A stretch of 63,325 nt of DNA, counting the filler, from Octopus bimaculoides (lineage: Eukaryota): NCBI RefSeq assembly GCF_001194135.2. It is 4 parts of 3 records of this genome, joined end to end, with 100 filler letters (N's around TTAATTAATTAA, not from the genome) between each part and the next. Parts side by side here need not be neighbours in the genome. Positions count along the whole stretch, not along the records: positions 30,173 to 60,188 come from NC_068988.1; positions 60,289 to 63,325 come from NC_068991.1; 2 more parts are not named here. The stretch is one strand, 5' to 3'. The notes beneath the pieces were generated by a model that had not been told where the DNA came from, searched no databases, and saw only the letters and a program-made list of their open reading frames with translations. Positions 49,715 through 63,049 of the stretch are shown in pieces; the first letter of the stretch is position 1, and each line of letters starts with the position of its first letter. A program made the translations under genes and the position numbers.

Positions 49715-50001
49715 TGAAAGAATCCGAGAGATTCAGAAAAATATCTGAGATCTTAGGGGATTAAGGTATATTTTTATATATATATAATGTTGACCAGTAA
49801 AGTGGACACAACATGTGGTCTATTTCTAGCACATTAAATGTCCACTTTACTGGTCAACATTATACACATAAAATTATACCTTAATCCCCTAAGATCTCAG
49901 ATATTTTTTTCTGAATCTCTAGGATTCTTTCAATGTGCTAGCTTCCTGGTAATAAATCGATATTAATTAATATCTGATTTTTACCCTATGTTTTAATTTG
50001 A

Positions 50002-50042
<41 letters not shown>

Positions 50043-50076
50043 CGATCAGAGGCGTTCACAAACCGAGGTACTACTG
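49624..50076. mobile_element. pogo/Tigger-like MITE with TA TSD
   Basis: TA|cagtagtacctcgg at 49622 and ccgaggtactactg|TA at 50063-50078; 14 bp perfect TIR and about 35 bp imperfect. Confidence 0.85.
49713..49934. mobile_element. Nested hairpin element with 96-bp arms
   Basis: 49713-49808 is near-complementary to 49839-49934 around a 30-bp loop; sits at the end of a (CTAT)n run inside the Tigger-like MITE. Confidence 0.85.
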
Positions 50077-51502
50077 TATTTTATTCGACTAAGCTAGTTT
50101 TGCTGATATTGTCACAGCTAGCTTTATTTAACACTTAATAATTAAAGCCATGTCTTTAATAGAACAATTCTTCAACGATAAGAAACTTTGGTGAGAATTC
50201 CAGCTGTTTCTATATCAATTGATGGAGTCAAGTGCTGTTGAAGTCAATCAAAGTTGGTGGACGTCTCCAATTTATCCCAACAGTATTATGTCTGTCCACT
50301 GGTCTAGTTTTAAAGTGTGAAGAAGTACAAACATTTAGATCGTAGTGATGGTTGTGGTGAAGGTGGGAACGTTAGTCATAATAGTGTGTCGATAGTTAGG
50401 TGTAGGTGGTGGTGAGTGTGATAAGGAGGAGGAGGGGAGATTAATGTGTTGTGGTTCTTTCGACGAGGGCGAACACAAGATGGTGAACAGATGGCGACGT
50501 TTTGTAAAACCGGCAAACTAATCATATAATGATGACTGTGATGGTGGCTTTTGTAATGAAGTGGAGGAAGAGAGGGGGAAAGGGAGATGTTGACGAAGTT
50601 GACAACAACGACAATTGTGATAAGGACCGTGATTATGAAGGGGAAGGAAGCCAGTGATGTTGATGAGGAAGAGGAGAAGCAGCGGGAGGAAAATTATTAT
50701 GCGAGAGAGAAGAAAAATGATTATTGACATATTTTCTATCAATAGTATTAATTGTTTATTTAATTGTTAAGCACTTGAGTTTTCTCAGTTGTTTTCAAGA
50801 CCGAACAAATAGGTGACCATGCTGAAGCATTGCTTTATATGTTCAATATTTCGTGTCTTTTATGTCACCATTGCGCATAATATGAAACTTATGTTTTTAC
50901 TAGGCTTTCAGTATACAAGATGGTGGATCAAGGAATTGCTAGGTGCTCATCAGTATTTGGCCGCTGCATTGGATAGATGCTCGGCATGATATGCTACAGA
51001 TGTCTTTTCGAATTCTCAGAGAAATTTCTAACAAAGTTTCATCGACTTTTGGGGAATGAAGATGAATAAAAGCCTTTAAATGTCAATCTGCTGCCATATA
51101 TGTTTCTGATGAAAGAGTTTGAGGAACAGAAAATTATAATTTTACTGTGAGACCCATCTCGCATGTCTTTTACCTTCTTTATGAGCTACAGTTCAAAATG
51201 AAAATTTCAAGAGTCTTCTACGTAGGTATGGTGACATCTTAACCATTTACCCTCTAAAGTCTATTACTATAACGTCCCCAATTGTTATAGTGTGTAGCTC
51301 TGCTGATTTAATGAATGTTTTTTGTCATTTTTCTAGTTGTTAAGTAAAGCCTGTACTACTAGAAAACCATAGTTGTCATCTGTCCAACCTGCTCAAAACA
51401 GATGATTTTCAAAGTATCAGCTTCACCTTCGAGCAACTCACTGATAATCTTCTAAGTACATTGGCAATAGGTTCCCAAAAGCTTGCCGAAGTATTCTGAA
51501 TA

Positions 51503-51816
51503 CAGTAATCCCTCGCTATATCGCGGTTCAGCTATCGCGTCTCACCTATCGCGGTTTACCTATCGCGGTTCACCTATCGCGGTTCACCTATCGCGGTTCA
51601 CCTATCGCGGTTCACCTATCGCGGTTCATCTGTCGCGGTTTATTATTTAAGCTAACATCGATTCCTCTCTGGTCCTGTTTTGCATTTATAATAAAATCAA
51701 TATATACAAATTATAAAAATAATAATAATAAAATATACAGTACTGCTTCTACTTCGAGGATTTTCACATATCGCAGGGTGTTTGGGACGGAACATCCATG
51801 ATAGTCGAGTGCGTAC
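51503..51816. mobile_element. pogo/Tigger-like MITE with an expanded 14-bp subterminal repeat
   Basis: TA|cagtaatccctcgctatatcgcgg left TIR; nine units of ctatcgcggttcac at 51518-51643; degenerate right end gatagtcgagtgcgtac. Confidence 0.8.
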
Positions 51817-51852
51817 GTGTTTTTTTCTTTACTTGCATACATGTTTTACAGT

Positions 51853-52095
51853 CTTTATTCTTTTGTGCTTTTACTTGTTTCACTCATTATACTGCGGCCA
51901 TGATGGAGCACCGCCTTGAACCTTTAATCGAATGAATTGGCCCCAATACTTATATTGTTTCTTATTTTTAAGCCCGGTACTTATTCTGTCAGTTTCTTAT
52001 GCTGAACCGCTAGATTACTGAAACACAAACACACGAACACTGATTGTCAAATTGTGGTGGGAGAACACAGACGCAAAGACACACACCCAAAAAGG

Positions 52096-52164
<69 letters not shown>

Positions 52165-52328
52165 GACGGGCTTCTCTCAGTTTCCGTCTACCAAATCCAC
52201 TAACAAGGCTCTAGTCGGCCCTAAGCTATAGCAGAAATCACTTACCCAAAGTGCCATGCTGTGGGACTGAACTCTGAACCATGTAGTTAGGAGACAAACT
52301 TCTTAGCACACAGCTACGCCTGCGCCTA
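51853..52328 (-). mobile_element. SINE family B, full length with central (TA)n
   Basis: ttacttgtttcactcat..gcggccatgatggagcaccgcc...gacgggcttctctcagtttccgtctaccaaatccac...cagctacgcctgcgcct. Confidence 0.9.
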
Positions 52329-54419
52329 TACGGATGTTCTTTTTTACTTGTTGGTTATGGAGGAAGAGAAGGAACACATGGCTTTTGCAGACTCTTTAAC
52401 TTATGAGAATGATGCAATTAATATTCACCTTGACCCTTCATTAGTCAACCTGAACGTAAGACAGGAACAGGTGTAGTGGAAATCTAGACAGCCGAAGTTC
52501 TGAGAAGGATGGACTTGAGATAGTGTTGAGATGTTGGGCACAAGACGTATGATGAGAGAAGTGTAAGCCAGTCGAACCGAAATGAGTGAATGTGGCAAAA
52601 ACCTTATCGGCCCTGAGGAGCCGAGTCCCTTATAGTAGCACTAGATGTGTTCCATACTCCATCTCAAAAGGACTGGAATCTGTCTGTAAGCAACCATATA
52701 TTAATCAATATGGTAGTATAACTTTGTTTAGATCAAGAACATTTTCAAAGCTTAAGAGTGTTCTAGCAATGAAATTACTGAGTCTGGTTAGAAAACAATG
52801 ATGATGGTGACAGTGATGCTGACGATACTTGATGGTAGCGATCAGAATGTTAGTGGCGAAGGTGATGTCAGTGGTAATATAGATTAACATAAGCGTCGGT
52901 TCAGGAGATCTTAGACCTTGTAACTAAAACAAAATAAAGAACTACATATCAAGCATAGCAATCTTACACACACATGTCGATTTGATAGACAAGCAAGCAT
53001 GTAGGTTGGGAAGATAAATTGGTGTGGAGATATAACTAGGTAGTCAGAGTGACAGTTAAACCTAACGCCATATACTTTATGAATCAGTATATTTAAGATA
53101 CTTTAACAGAGACACGTTCTCTCAAAGGGATTTAGCATATTTCTTCTTCCTTTCAATTTGTATTTTAAAATCCTTTTTTGCTTCTGCGTGCTATATGTAT
53201 ATAATAGATGAAGAGATAATTTAATTAACGAGACATACTTTCAAAGCATTTGTGTCACAAGAAAGAAGGCTTGATAACATTTATCTTTCACAGCCTGCTG
53301 TGTTACTTCTAATGGTATCAGATTCAAATGTATATGAGTGTGTGCATGCATGTTTATGGGTTCGTGTATACATGTGTGTAGTTACGTGCGATACATATGT
53401 ATGTATTTATGTGCGACAAATAATGGTGAAAATACAAAAAATCTCGATGAATAGTGTCATATTTGATAATGAAATATTAAATAAGTGGATCACCAAAATT
53501 TTAAGTAAATATATTAATCCAGTGAGGTATAATAGGAAAAAAATCTTCCTCGAGGAACAGTATATTCTTCTAAATCACTTGATAACGAAGCCCCGGCATG
53601 ACTGCATCCCAATATCTCTAACCAGTAAATATCTTAATGCTTTAACAGAATGTGAGTTCATGATAAACAACATTCAATAGAATGCTGTGCAAAAGCTAAT
53701 ACAGTCTTGTTCTTTCTGGCTATAAAACATTCTACCATGAAACTTACCTTAAATCACTTATAGTCAAACATATTTCAAGTAAATCGTTCAGTCTTTGTAG
53801 GAGCATCTATCATTACATTACCGAATGCAGCCTTCTTCTTTTAATAGGTGTGATATGAAGGAAATTTTGTGCTTATTTCTAGAAAGTCGAGTGATCTTGC
53901 AGAAGTTTCATCTTTGCAGAAGTTTAGTCTTTAGACCAGTGTTTAGTGATGTGAGAGTTTTATAATGCGCATATATAACCTAGCGCAGGCATGGAAACGT
54001 TGTTCAGACGTTAAAAGAGAAAATCACGTATTTTGGGTTCCGCACTAATAAGCAACAATTTGATGGACGGGTTAATGCCTTGCAAATGAATCTAGGAAGC
54101 GGAGAGTTTGTGGATATTTGTTTTGCATATATATATATATTGAATCAGTTGGAGTCAAAAAGAAAGATTACAGTTGGACATTTATTTGCAATCTGAAGTT
54201 GGACGAGATTTATACTGTACTCTACTACAGAATATATAACATAGCTATGTATATATGTATGTGTTTATGTATGTGTATGTATATATATGCATACATATAT
54301 GTATATATGTNNNNNNNNNNNNNNNNNNNNNNNNNNNNNNNNNNNNNNNNNNNNNNNNNNNNNNNNNNNNNNNNNNNNNNNNNNNNNNNNNNNNNNNNNN
54401 NNNNNNNNNNNNNNNNNNN

Positions 54420-54482
<63 letters not shown>

Positions 54483-54720
54483 ATGTATATATATGCATAC
54501 ATATATGTATATATGTATGTGTTTATGTATGTGTATGTATATGTGCCTGTGTGCGTGTGAAAGAGAGAGAGAGAGAGGGTGGGGGAAAGAAGCTCGTAAC
54601 ATAGCAGTTACTCGAAGAATTCCCATGAGGTACGTATAAAACTCGAAATAAATATCGGTGTCGACTTTCTAGCTGAAACACTGCAACTCCACGACTGAAA
54701 CAAGGAAACAAATATAAATT

Positions 54721-54991
54721 ACTAGCAGAGGCACCCGGCGTTGCTCGGGAATAAAATTGTTGCTTATATACTTGAAGAAAAAAAGGCAAAATATGCTGTA
54801 TAGAAATTTGAGGGCATTCTGTAGATGGACTCTCAGATGAATGATGGCTGGGCGCCTCTCATGAATGGGGAAAATTGAAGATGTGCCAAAAAGCCTCATT
54901 GGTACTTGGAAACTTTTACGAAAATTAAAATGGGGAACGTTGCCAGTGCCCCTGGACTGGCTCTGGTGCGGGTGGCACATAAAATACACCA
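54721..54991 (+). mobile_element. Helitron/Helentron-like non-autonomous element, 5' end
   Basis: ttt|actagcagaggcacccggcgttgctcggg: ACTAG terminus plus the hairpin cccg..cggg; runs into a gap. Confidence 0.55.
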
Positions 54992-56689
54992 NNNNNNNNN
55001 NNNNNNNNNNNNNNNNNNNNNNNNNNNNNNNNNNNNNNNNNNNNNNNNNNNNNNNNNNNNNNNNNNNNNNNNNNNNNNNNNNNNNNNNNNNNNNNNNNNN
55101 NNNNNNNNNNNNNNNNNNNNNNNNNNNNNNNNNNNNNNNNNNNNNNNNNNNNNNNNNNNNNNNNNNNNNNNNNNNNNNNNNNNNNNNNNNNNNNNNNNNN
55201 NNNNNNNNNNNNNNNNNNNNNNNNNNNNNNNNNNNNNNNNNNNNNNNNNNNNNNNNNNNNNNNNNNNNNNNNNNNNNNNNNNNNNNNNNNNNNNNNNNNN
55301 NNNNNNNNNNNNNNNNNNNNNNNNNNNNNNNNNNNNNNNNNNNNNNNNNNNNNNNNNNNNNNNNNNNNNNNNNNNNNNNNNNNNNNNNNNNNNNNNNNNN
55401 NNNNNNNNNNNNNNNNNNNNNNNNNNNNNNNNNNNNNNNNNNNNNNNNNNNNNNNNNNNNNNNNNNNNNNNNNNNNNNNNNNNNNNNNNNNNNNNNNNNN
55501 NNNNNNNNNNNNNNNNNNNNNNNNNNNNNNNNNNNNNNNNNNNNNNNNNNNNNNNNNNNNNNNNNNNNNNNNNNNNNNNNNNNNNNNNNNNNNNNNNNNN
55601 NNNNNNNNNNNNNNNNNNNNNNNNNNNNNNNNNNNNNNNNNNNNNNNNNNNNNNNNNNNNNNNNNNNNNNNNNNNTGTGTGTGAGACAGAGTGAGAGAGC
55701 GGTGTGTATGTAGTATTTACTCTCTCTCTCTCTCTCTCTCTCATACACACGAACACACACACTCACACACAAAATAGAAAGTGAAGCTTTTTGCGGTTGT
55801 TACGTCAATACCGGAAGTTGACATTGAAAAACCTTTTTAAAGAAGTGAATCTTAAATATAAAGCAATATTATTTATTTTTAATTAAAAAAATCAAATGAA
55901 GAGCCTAAGATTTATCCGAGGTCAAATTATCCATGCATTACAAGTATGGAAGCATTTGGTGAAGTCGATTTCACGTGGAAAGCGATTACACACACATCTC
56001 TGTTTTATATATAGTATAGATGTAATATGTCTCGGCCAGACCTTTTTTCTAAGCTATTGTGGACATTTCACTCATTTATAAAAGTATTACACAATACTTT
56101 ATACATATTTTTCTAAGTTCACCCCTAAAATATACAATTTACAGATGTTATGGTTCAAGCAACCTTATGCGTGATATACATCGTTGCATTTATGCAAAGT
56201 CCCAAACGTTGCTTTTTTCAGAAAACAAAGAAATAGTTTCACCATTCCATAGCAAGACCTTTGTACTACACGTTGACGATTTTTTTATGTCTTCGCGTCT
56301 GAAGCAGCTGGTGACATGATAGTTTGATAAAAAAACCAAAAAAAAAACCGGCTATTGCAAGCAAAACTAAATATAGAAAAAAAAATACATTTGGCCAAAT
56401 TTGGACATGTGACATTTTAACATAATAGCAACGATATATATATATATATCAGTGTGTGTGTGTTTGTGCGTGTTTGTGTGTGTGTGCGTGGGTGCGAGCC
56501 TGTATGTATCTATGCGTGTTTGTCTATATATGTTCAATGAAGCGTGGACTTTATGTGATCTTTCCGGTCGATTGAAATAACTGTTTTAAATATTAGTTTT
56601 GGTTTTCTTCATTCGAATTTTGTACTAACAGCAGCGTTAAAAAGAAAAGAAAAACAAGATGCAGAAAGCAATTTCTTTTAGTTAAACCG

Positions 56690-57425
56690 TCTAGCTGGCA
56701 GAATCGCTACCGCAGTATATAGTTCGTCATTACGTTCTGAGTTTAAATACTGTCCATAGTCAGCTTTTCTTTTCACTCTTTCGAGGTTGATGAAACAGGC
56801 ACCTGTTGAGCACTAGGGTGAATTTGATCGATTGGCTTGGCCATAAATTGCTGGCCTTGGGTCAAACGTTGAAACCACGTTCTCTCAATGACGTTTTGCG
56901 CTTCATTGATGAGCACTGCTTAAGCGGAGAACCTATACGTTTTGTTTATTTTTCTTATTTGTTTCAATAACTTGACTGCAGTTATGCTGGATCATCGCCT
57001 TTAGTCGAATAAATCGACCCCAGGACTTATTGTCTGTAAGCCTAGTACTTATTCAATAGGCCTCCTTAACCGAACCGCTAGTTTATTGGGACGTAAACAC
57101 AGCAACATCGGTGGGGGACAAAATACAGACACACAAACATATATGTATACGACGGGCTTCTTTCAGTTTCCGTCTACTAAATCCACTCACAACGCTTTGC
57201 TTGGCAGTGGGAAGTAAACCGGAAATATGTGGTTGGTTAGCAAGCCAATTACCACACAGCCGCTCCAGCGCCTGATAATCTTTCACCTGGAAGCACAAGG
57301 CCTCAAATTTGGGGTAAGGGATTAAGTCGATTACATCTACCCCAGTGCGTAACTGGTACTAATTTTACCGACTGCGAAAAGACAAAGTCAATCTCAGCCG
57401 AATTTGAACCGAGAACGCACGAGTC
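56690..57425. mobile_element. SINE cluster: A(+) 56690-56875, B(-) 56945-57275, A(-) 57285-57425
   Basis: Family motifs as in the other copies; the two A copies face each other around B. Confidence 0.8.
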
Positions 57426-58519
57426 CGGCTATTTAAAGACTTCTAAAATTATCTACCTTTTATTTTCAGAATTTACATGAATTCATCGTACATCCTCATA
57501 GAGTATATTAAATCAATATTGCTCAATGCAGTTTCTGCAGTATCTTTAATGTAGGGACGCGCACATGCGCACACACATACATACACATGCACGCACACAT
57601 ACTCTTGCAAACACAAACACACACACATGCAAACATATATATATTTATATTCGTGGATATTATATTTATCATATATACATGAATATATATGGATATATTT
57701 ATATGTGAAATTACATGCACATAGGCACATGCAAACGTATATATATANNNNNNNNNNNNNNNNNNNNNNNNNNNNNNNNNNNNNNNNNNNNNNNNNNNNN
57801 NNNNNNNNNNNNNNNNNNNNNNNNNNNNNNNNNNNNNNNNNNNNNNNNNNNNNNNNNNNNNNNNNNNNNNNNNNNNNNNNNNNNNNNNNNNNNNNNNNNN
57901 NNNNNNNNNNNNNNNNNNNNNNNNNNNNNNNNNNNNNNNNNNNNNNNNNNNNNNNNNNNNNNNNNNNNNNNNNNNNNNNNNNNNNNNNNNNNNNNNNNNN
58001 NNNNNNNNNNNNNNNNNNNNNNNNNNNNNNNNNNNNNNNNNNNNNNNNNNNNNNNNNNNNNNNNNNNNNNNNNNNNNNNNNNNNNNNNNNATATATATAT
58101 ATACATGTGTGTGTGTGTGTGTATGTATACACATATATACATATATATATATATATATCTCTTTATATATATATATACACATATATACATATATAGTTGC
58201 GTAGTTGTGTGCGTGTATGTGTGCGTACGCGCGTGTGTCTATGTTTGTGTTTGTGTATGTATGTGTGTGTGTGTGTGTGTGTTTACAAGATTTCCAAGTT
58301 TTGTTGCCAACGAAGCAAAAAGTATTCAAATTCTTTAAGCAAGGTGTATGATAAACAATAATTGTTGAGTTTTATTACTCCTCCAGGTAGTGACTAGATG
58401 GAATATCAGTCAAAATGTTAAAATAAGTACAGGGATGGCCAGGGAAATCGCTTTACCCATCTTATATTCTTATTTGAAATGGACGAAACGACTTATGGCC
58501 ATATCTGTATACGCCTTTG

Positions 58520-59305
58520 ATACCACATCTCTTACAACGACGAGAGTACCAGTTTATCCAATCAACGGAACTGGCTTCACGTGAAATTAACCCACAAGTG
58601 GTTGCGTATTCCACAGTCGCGCATATCCTTTACGTTGTCCTCGGTGAGATTCAGCGGTACACAGAATTATTCCTTTATTCTGTTATTCTCGTACTTGTTT
58701 CAGTCATCTGACTGCGGTCATGATGAAGAAACCATCTTAAAGGGTCTTTTAGTCGAAAAAAAGAAAATCAGGTCCTATACCTTATAAGCCTAGTTGTAAT
58801 TCGATCGGTTTCTTTTGGCCGAATTGCTAAGTTACGAGAACGTAAACACACCAAGATCGGTTATCAGTCGATGGTTCGTGGACAAACGCAGACACAAAGA
58901 CACGCACATAAATGCACAGACACACACACACACACTCACATATATACACACATAATTACGACGGGCTTTTTTGAGTTTCCGTCTACCAAATCCACTCACA
59001 GGGCTTTGGTCAGCCCGAGCTATAATAGAAGACCCTTGCTCAAGATGCCATGCAGAGGAACTGAACCTAGAATCATGCGGTTGGAAAGCAAGCTTTTCAT
59101 CACTCAGGCACATTCATATATATGTATGTATGTATGTATGTATATGTTTGTGTCTGTGTTTGTCCCCCGCCATCGCTTTACATCCGATGTTGGTGTGTTT
59201 ACGTCTCCGTTAGCTAGCGATTCGGCAAAAGAGACCGATAGAATAAGTACTAGGCTTACAAAGAATAAGTCCCGGAGTCAAATGACTGAAGCAAGTAATT
59301 GAGTA
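58520..59305. mobile_element. SINE cluster: C(-) 58520-58670, B(-) 58670-59112, B(+) 59140-59305
   Basis: C 3' domain (gaaattaac..gagattcagcg); reversed B with head to 59112; + strand B 3' half ttggtgtgtttacgtc..gataagtactaggcttacaaag. Confidence 0.85.
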
Positions 59306-59361
59306 AAATGTGTGTGAGTCTGTGCGTGTTTGTGTGTGCATGTATGTATATATATGTAGAC

Positions 59362-59439
<78 letters not shown>

Positions 59440-60188
59440 ATCAACTTACCCTAGGATATATGCGCCGATGGTATTCGAACTCTCGTCTTTGCAATCTGGT
59501 GTTGAATACCTTAACCACTTATTCAAGGACCTTTGCAATATACATCAATTTAAGAAGAATATACCCTAATCGGAATATTTCCACCCTTAGAAAACAAGTA
59601 ATATGAATGGATGTTATGATCTAGTAATACGAATAGATGTTCCGGCAGTAACAGACTACTTATGTTTCATTGGTTGGTGATTAAAACAATGTCATTTGTC
59701 CATTAGAAATTTATTTCGTCTGAATCATGATGATACGTGTTTTGTAAAGGAATTCAGAATATGATGCAGTTGCGTCATTTAGTGACGTAAATACAACATA
59801 ATCGATAGAGAGTTCTTTGCTGGTTGGTGTACCTTCTGCACATGAAAAGCATACGAAAAGGAAAGTGTGACAACAAAAATACATTTGCGTAAGTCTGTGT
59901 GTATGCACGTTAATGTGTCTGTGTGTGCCTGTGTCTGTATCTACAAACGTAATTACATATACATCAATATTACATGTACATAGCTAAGCGCGCGCTCACC
60001 CACTCACACACACATATATATAAACAAAACATTCAGACACTAAGGTTTGAAACAAAGTGTCACTATTAACATCATCTGTGGTTAAAATCTTGGTGCTTTA
60101 CGGTGGTTCAATTAAGACTTTAGCTCTTATTTCTAGTAGGTTGATGCTTTTCTGCATCCTTACGCCTCCTGCTGATTTGTGATATATA

Positions 60189-60288
60189 NNNNNNNNNNNN
60201 NNNNNNNNNNNNNNNNNNNNNNNNNNNNNNNNTTAATTAATTAANNNNNNNNNNNNNNNNNNNNNNNNNNNNNNNNNNNNNNNNNNNN
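60189..60288. other. Artificial scaffold linker N44-TTAATTAATTAA-N44
   Basis: Same 100-bp structure as 27625-27724. Confidence 0.95.
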
Positions 60289-60640
60289 CGGAAGAATCTA
60301 ACACGCTTTTCATACCTTGCTATGCGGGCAGCTTTAGCACATACCTTTTGCTTGATGGTTTCTATGGTGGCATCAATGTCAACTATGGTTTTCACATTAT
60401 ATTTTTTCTTTAGTTTTTGGGTCTTTGTAGGTTTGATACTCTTGTCAAATTTAAGGTTTTTCAAACATTCTATGTCAGATCTAAGCAGCTTAATTTGGTG
60501 TTGAATGCGTTCTTGCCAAGAAGGCTTTTTGTGGGAGTGTTGTCTTTTTCTAATCTTTTCACCACATAGAATCGTTGAGATTCTTGCGGATGCATAGTAC
60601 AGGTGGTTGAGATCTGTAATATCAACATCATTAGCTGAAA
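60289..60640 (-). mobile_element. Dong/R4-clade non-LTR retrotransposon fragment (pre-RT region)
   Basis: Uninterrupted frame DITDLNHLYYASA..PSWQERIQHQIKLLRSDI..IETIKQKVCAKAARIARYEKRVRFF resembles the R4/Dong PW.RRL..I..LR and ETLKQK...A.R..RY motifs; abuts a (TAA)n run. Confidence 0.75.
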
Positions 60641-60769
60641 TTATATTATTATTATTATTATTATTATTATCATTATGTTGGTTCGGCTCAGGTTCAGTGT
60701 TATTCCTGATAGGATTTATGCAGGTAACAGGTTACTACATGTAACATCAGTATTATTATTATCATCATT

Positions 60770-60815
<46 letters not shown>

Positions 60816-60817
60816 CT

Positions 60818-60955
60818 AAGGAGGTGAGCTAGCAGAATGGTTAGCATGTCAGACAAACAGCTCAGTGGCAGTTTGTCCATCTCTACATTCAAATTCCATC
60901 CTTTCAGGGGCAGCAAAATAAGTACCAGTTACACACTGGGAGTCAATGTAATCCT
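60818..60955 (+). mobile_element. SINE family A, internally deleted
   Basis: aaggaggtgagctagcagaatggttagca..ttcaaattcc atcctttcagggg..aaaataagtaccagtt. Confidence 0.8.
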
Positions 60956-61086
60956 TTTGTTACATCCTTTAATGCTGTAGCATCTTCCCTTGATCAACGT
61001 AAACCCCTTCTGCTTTTATCTGTTGTATCTCATCCTTTGATATTCTCTTCCATGTTTTGGGTCCTTGTGGCCAATAAAAGCAGCTG

Positions 61087-61362
<276 letters not shown>

Positions 61363-61871
61363 ACGACAAACACCTGATTGTACTTGCAAGTGTTCATTGA
61401 CCTATCCTCATTCATCATTCTTTCATTTAAAACAATTCGTTNNNNNNNNNNNNNNNNNNNNNNNNNNNNNNNNNNNNNNNNNNNNNNNNNNNNNNNNNNN
61501 NNNNNNNNNNNNNNNNNNNNNNNNNNNNNNNNNNNNNNNNNNNNNNNNNNNNNNNNNNNNNNNNNNNNNNNNNNNNNNNNNNNNNNNNNNNNNNNNNNNN
61601 NNNNNNNNNNNNNNNNNNNNNNNNNNNNNNNNNNNNNNNNNNNNNNNNNNNNNNNNNNNNNNNNNNNNNNNNNNNNNNNNNNNNNNNNNNNNNNNNNNNN
61701 NNNNNNNNNNNNNNNNNNNNNNNNNNNNNNNNNNNNNNNNNNNNNNNNNNNNNNNNNNNNNNNNNNNNNNNNNNNNNNNNNNNNNNNNNNNNNNNNNNNN
61801 NNNNNNNNNNNNNNNNNNNNNNNNNNNNNNNNNNNNNNNNNNNNNNNNNNNNNNNNNNNNNNNNNNNNNNN

Positions 61872-62057
61872 TTCTTCTTCTTCTTTTCTTTCTTCTTCTT
61901 CTTCTTCTTCTTCTTCTTCTTCTTCTTCTTCTTCTTCTTCTTCTTCTTCTTCTTCTTCTTCTTCTTCTTCTTCATGCCCACGGTTTGATGTTATCATTTA
62001 TACTGTGACTGTCATCACCAGATCCCTCACTGCAAATTCCAACTCATATGATTACAT

Positions 62058-62114
<57 letters not shown>

Positions 62115-62302
62115 GTGGGAAGGTGGAGATTCTTGCATTAATGGTAGATTGCCTTTCTTCCTTATTTGTTCCTTTTTCTTTCTTTTTAGTTATCAATCAC
62201 CAGAATCTTTCTAGAAAACTCATTTAGCTTTTCAAGGAAAGCACCTCAAGAATCTTTCCCTTCCACTTCTTATCTCTCTCTCTCACTCTCTCTCTCTCTC
62301 TC

Positions 62303-62370
<68 letters not shown>
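61872..62370. repeat. (CTT)n and (CT)n microsatellites
   Basis: (CTT)n at 61872-61975; (CT)n at about 62060-62111 and 62273-62368. Confidence 0.95.
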
Positions 62371-62372
<2 letters not shown>

Positions 62373-62569
62373 TCTTTCTCTTTATGTCTCACTCTTTCCC
62401 TACAAACATCATCATCACCATCACATAAGTACAGCTAAAAAAAAAAGACACACACAGAAATTAATACTGAATCTATTCTTTCTCTACTCTAGACACAACT
62501 GTGTTTCAAGCAGCTGGACTTTCATAAAATATATGGTCAACTATTTTTTGGGAGCCAACCTCATGAATA

Positions 62570-62960
62570 TATTTCATATGTATTCTTATTGCTTTCTCCT
62601 GTTATACATCAAGCACATACAATATTAACCTCCTACCATTGTTCCGGCTACATGCATATAGAGAACTAACCATTCTCTAATGGTTGCAAGGTCCTGTCTT
62701 TTTTTCCTTATGGAATTGTAGTCTTTGGAAAGTTTAGTTTGAGGCACCTCAATTAATTCTAGCTTTTACTTTTGTATCTGAAATTTCTTCACTAAATCTT
62801 TCAGAGATTCTGTAGATTCTGTCAACAGCATCTGTGAGTTCTTACAATTGGCAACTGGCCATAAATTTCTTAGTTATGGCCAGCAGGACTATAACGAACA
62901 GGAGGGAGCTGAGAACTGAACCTTGATGTACTCTTACCTCTCTAACAAACTTACCATTGA
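62570..62960 (-). mobile_element. Old RTE LINE RT fragment
   Basis: VRVHQGSVLSSLLFVIVLLAITKKF matches the GVHQGSVLSPLLF motif of RTE RTs; degenerate downstream. Confidence 0.75.
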
Positions 62961-63049
62961 ATTTATATATGTGTATATATGTTTATATATGTCTTTATAT
63001 TCTGACTAAGTTTTACCTGATGACTTATTCAACTCGTCTAACAGACAGA

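Noticed and set aside
50800-51500. Possible host exon (acceptor-like tttttactag at about 50895)
   Set aside because: The best frame stops within about 30 codons; weak minus-strand RT-like hints suggest a very old LINE, but I cannot support either call.
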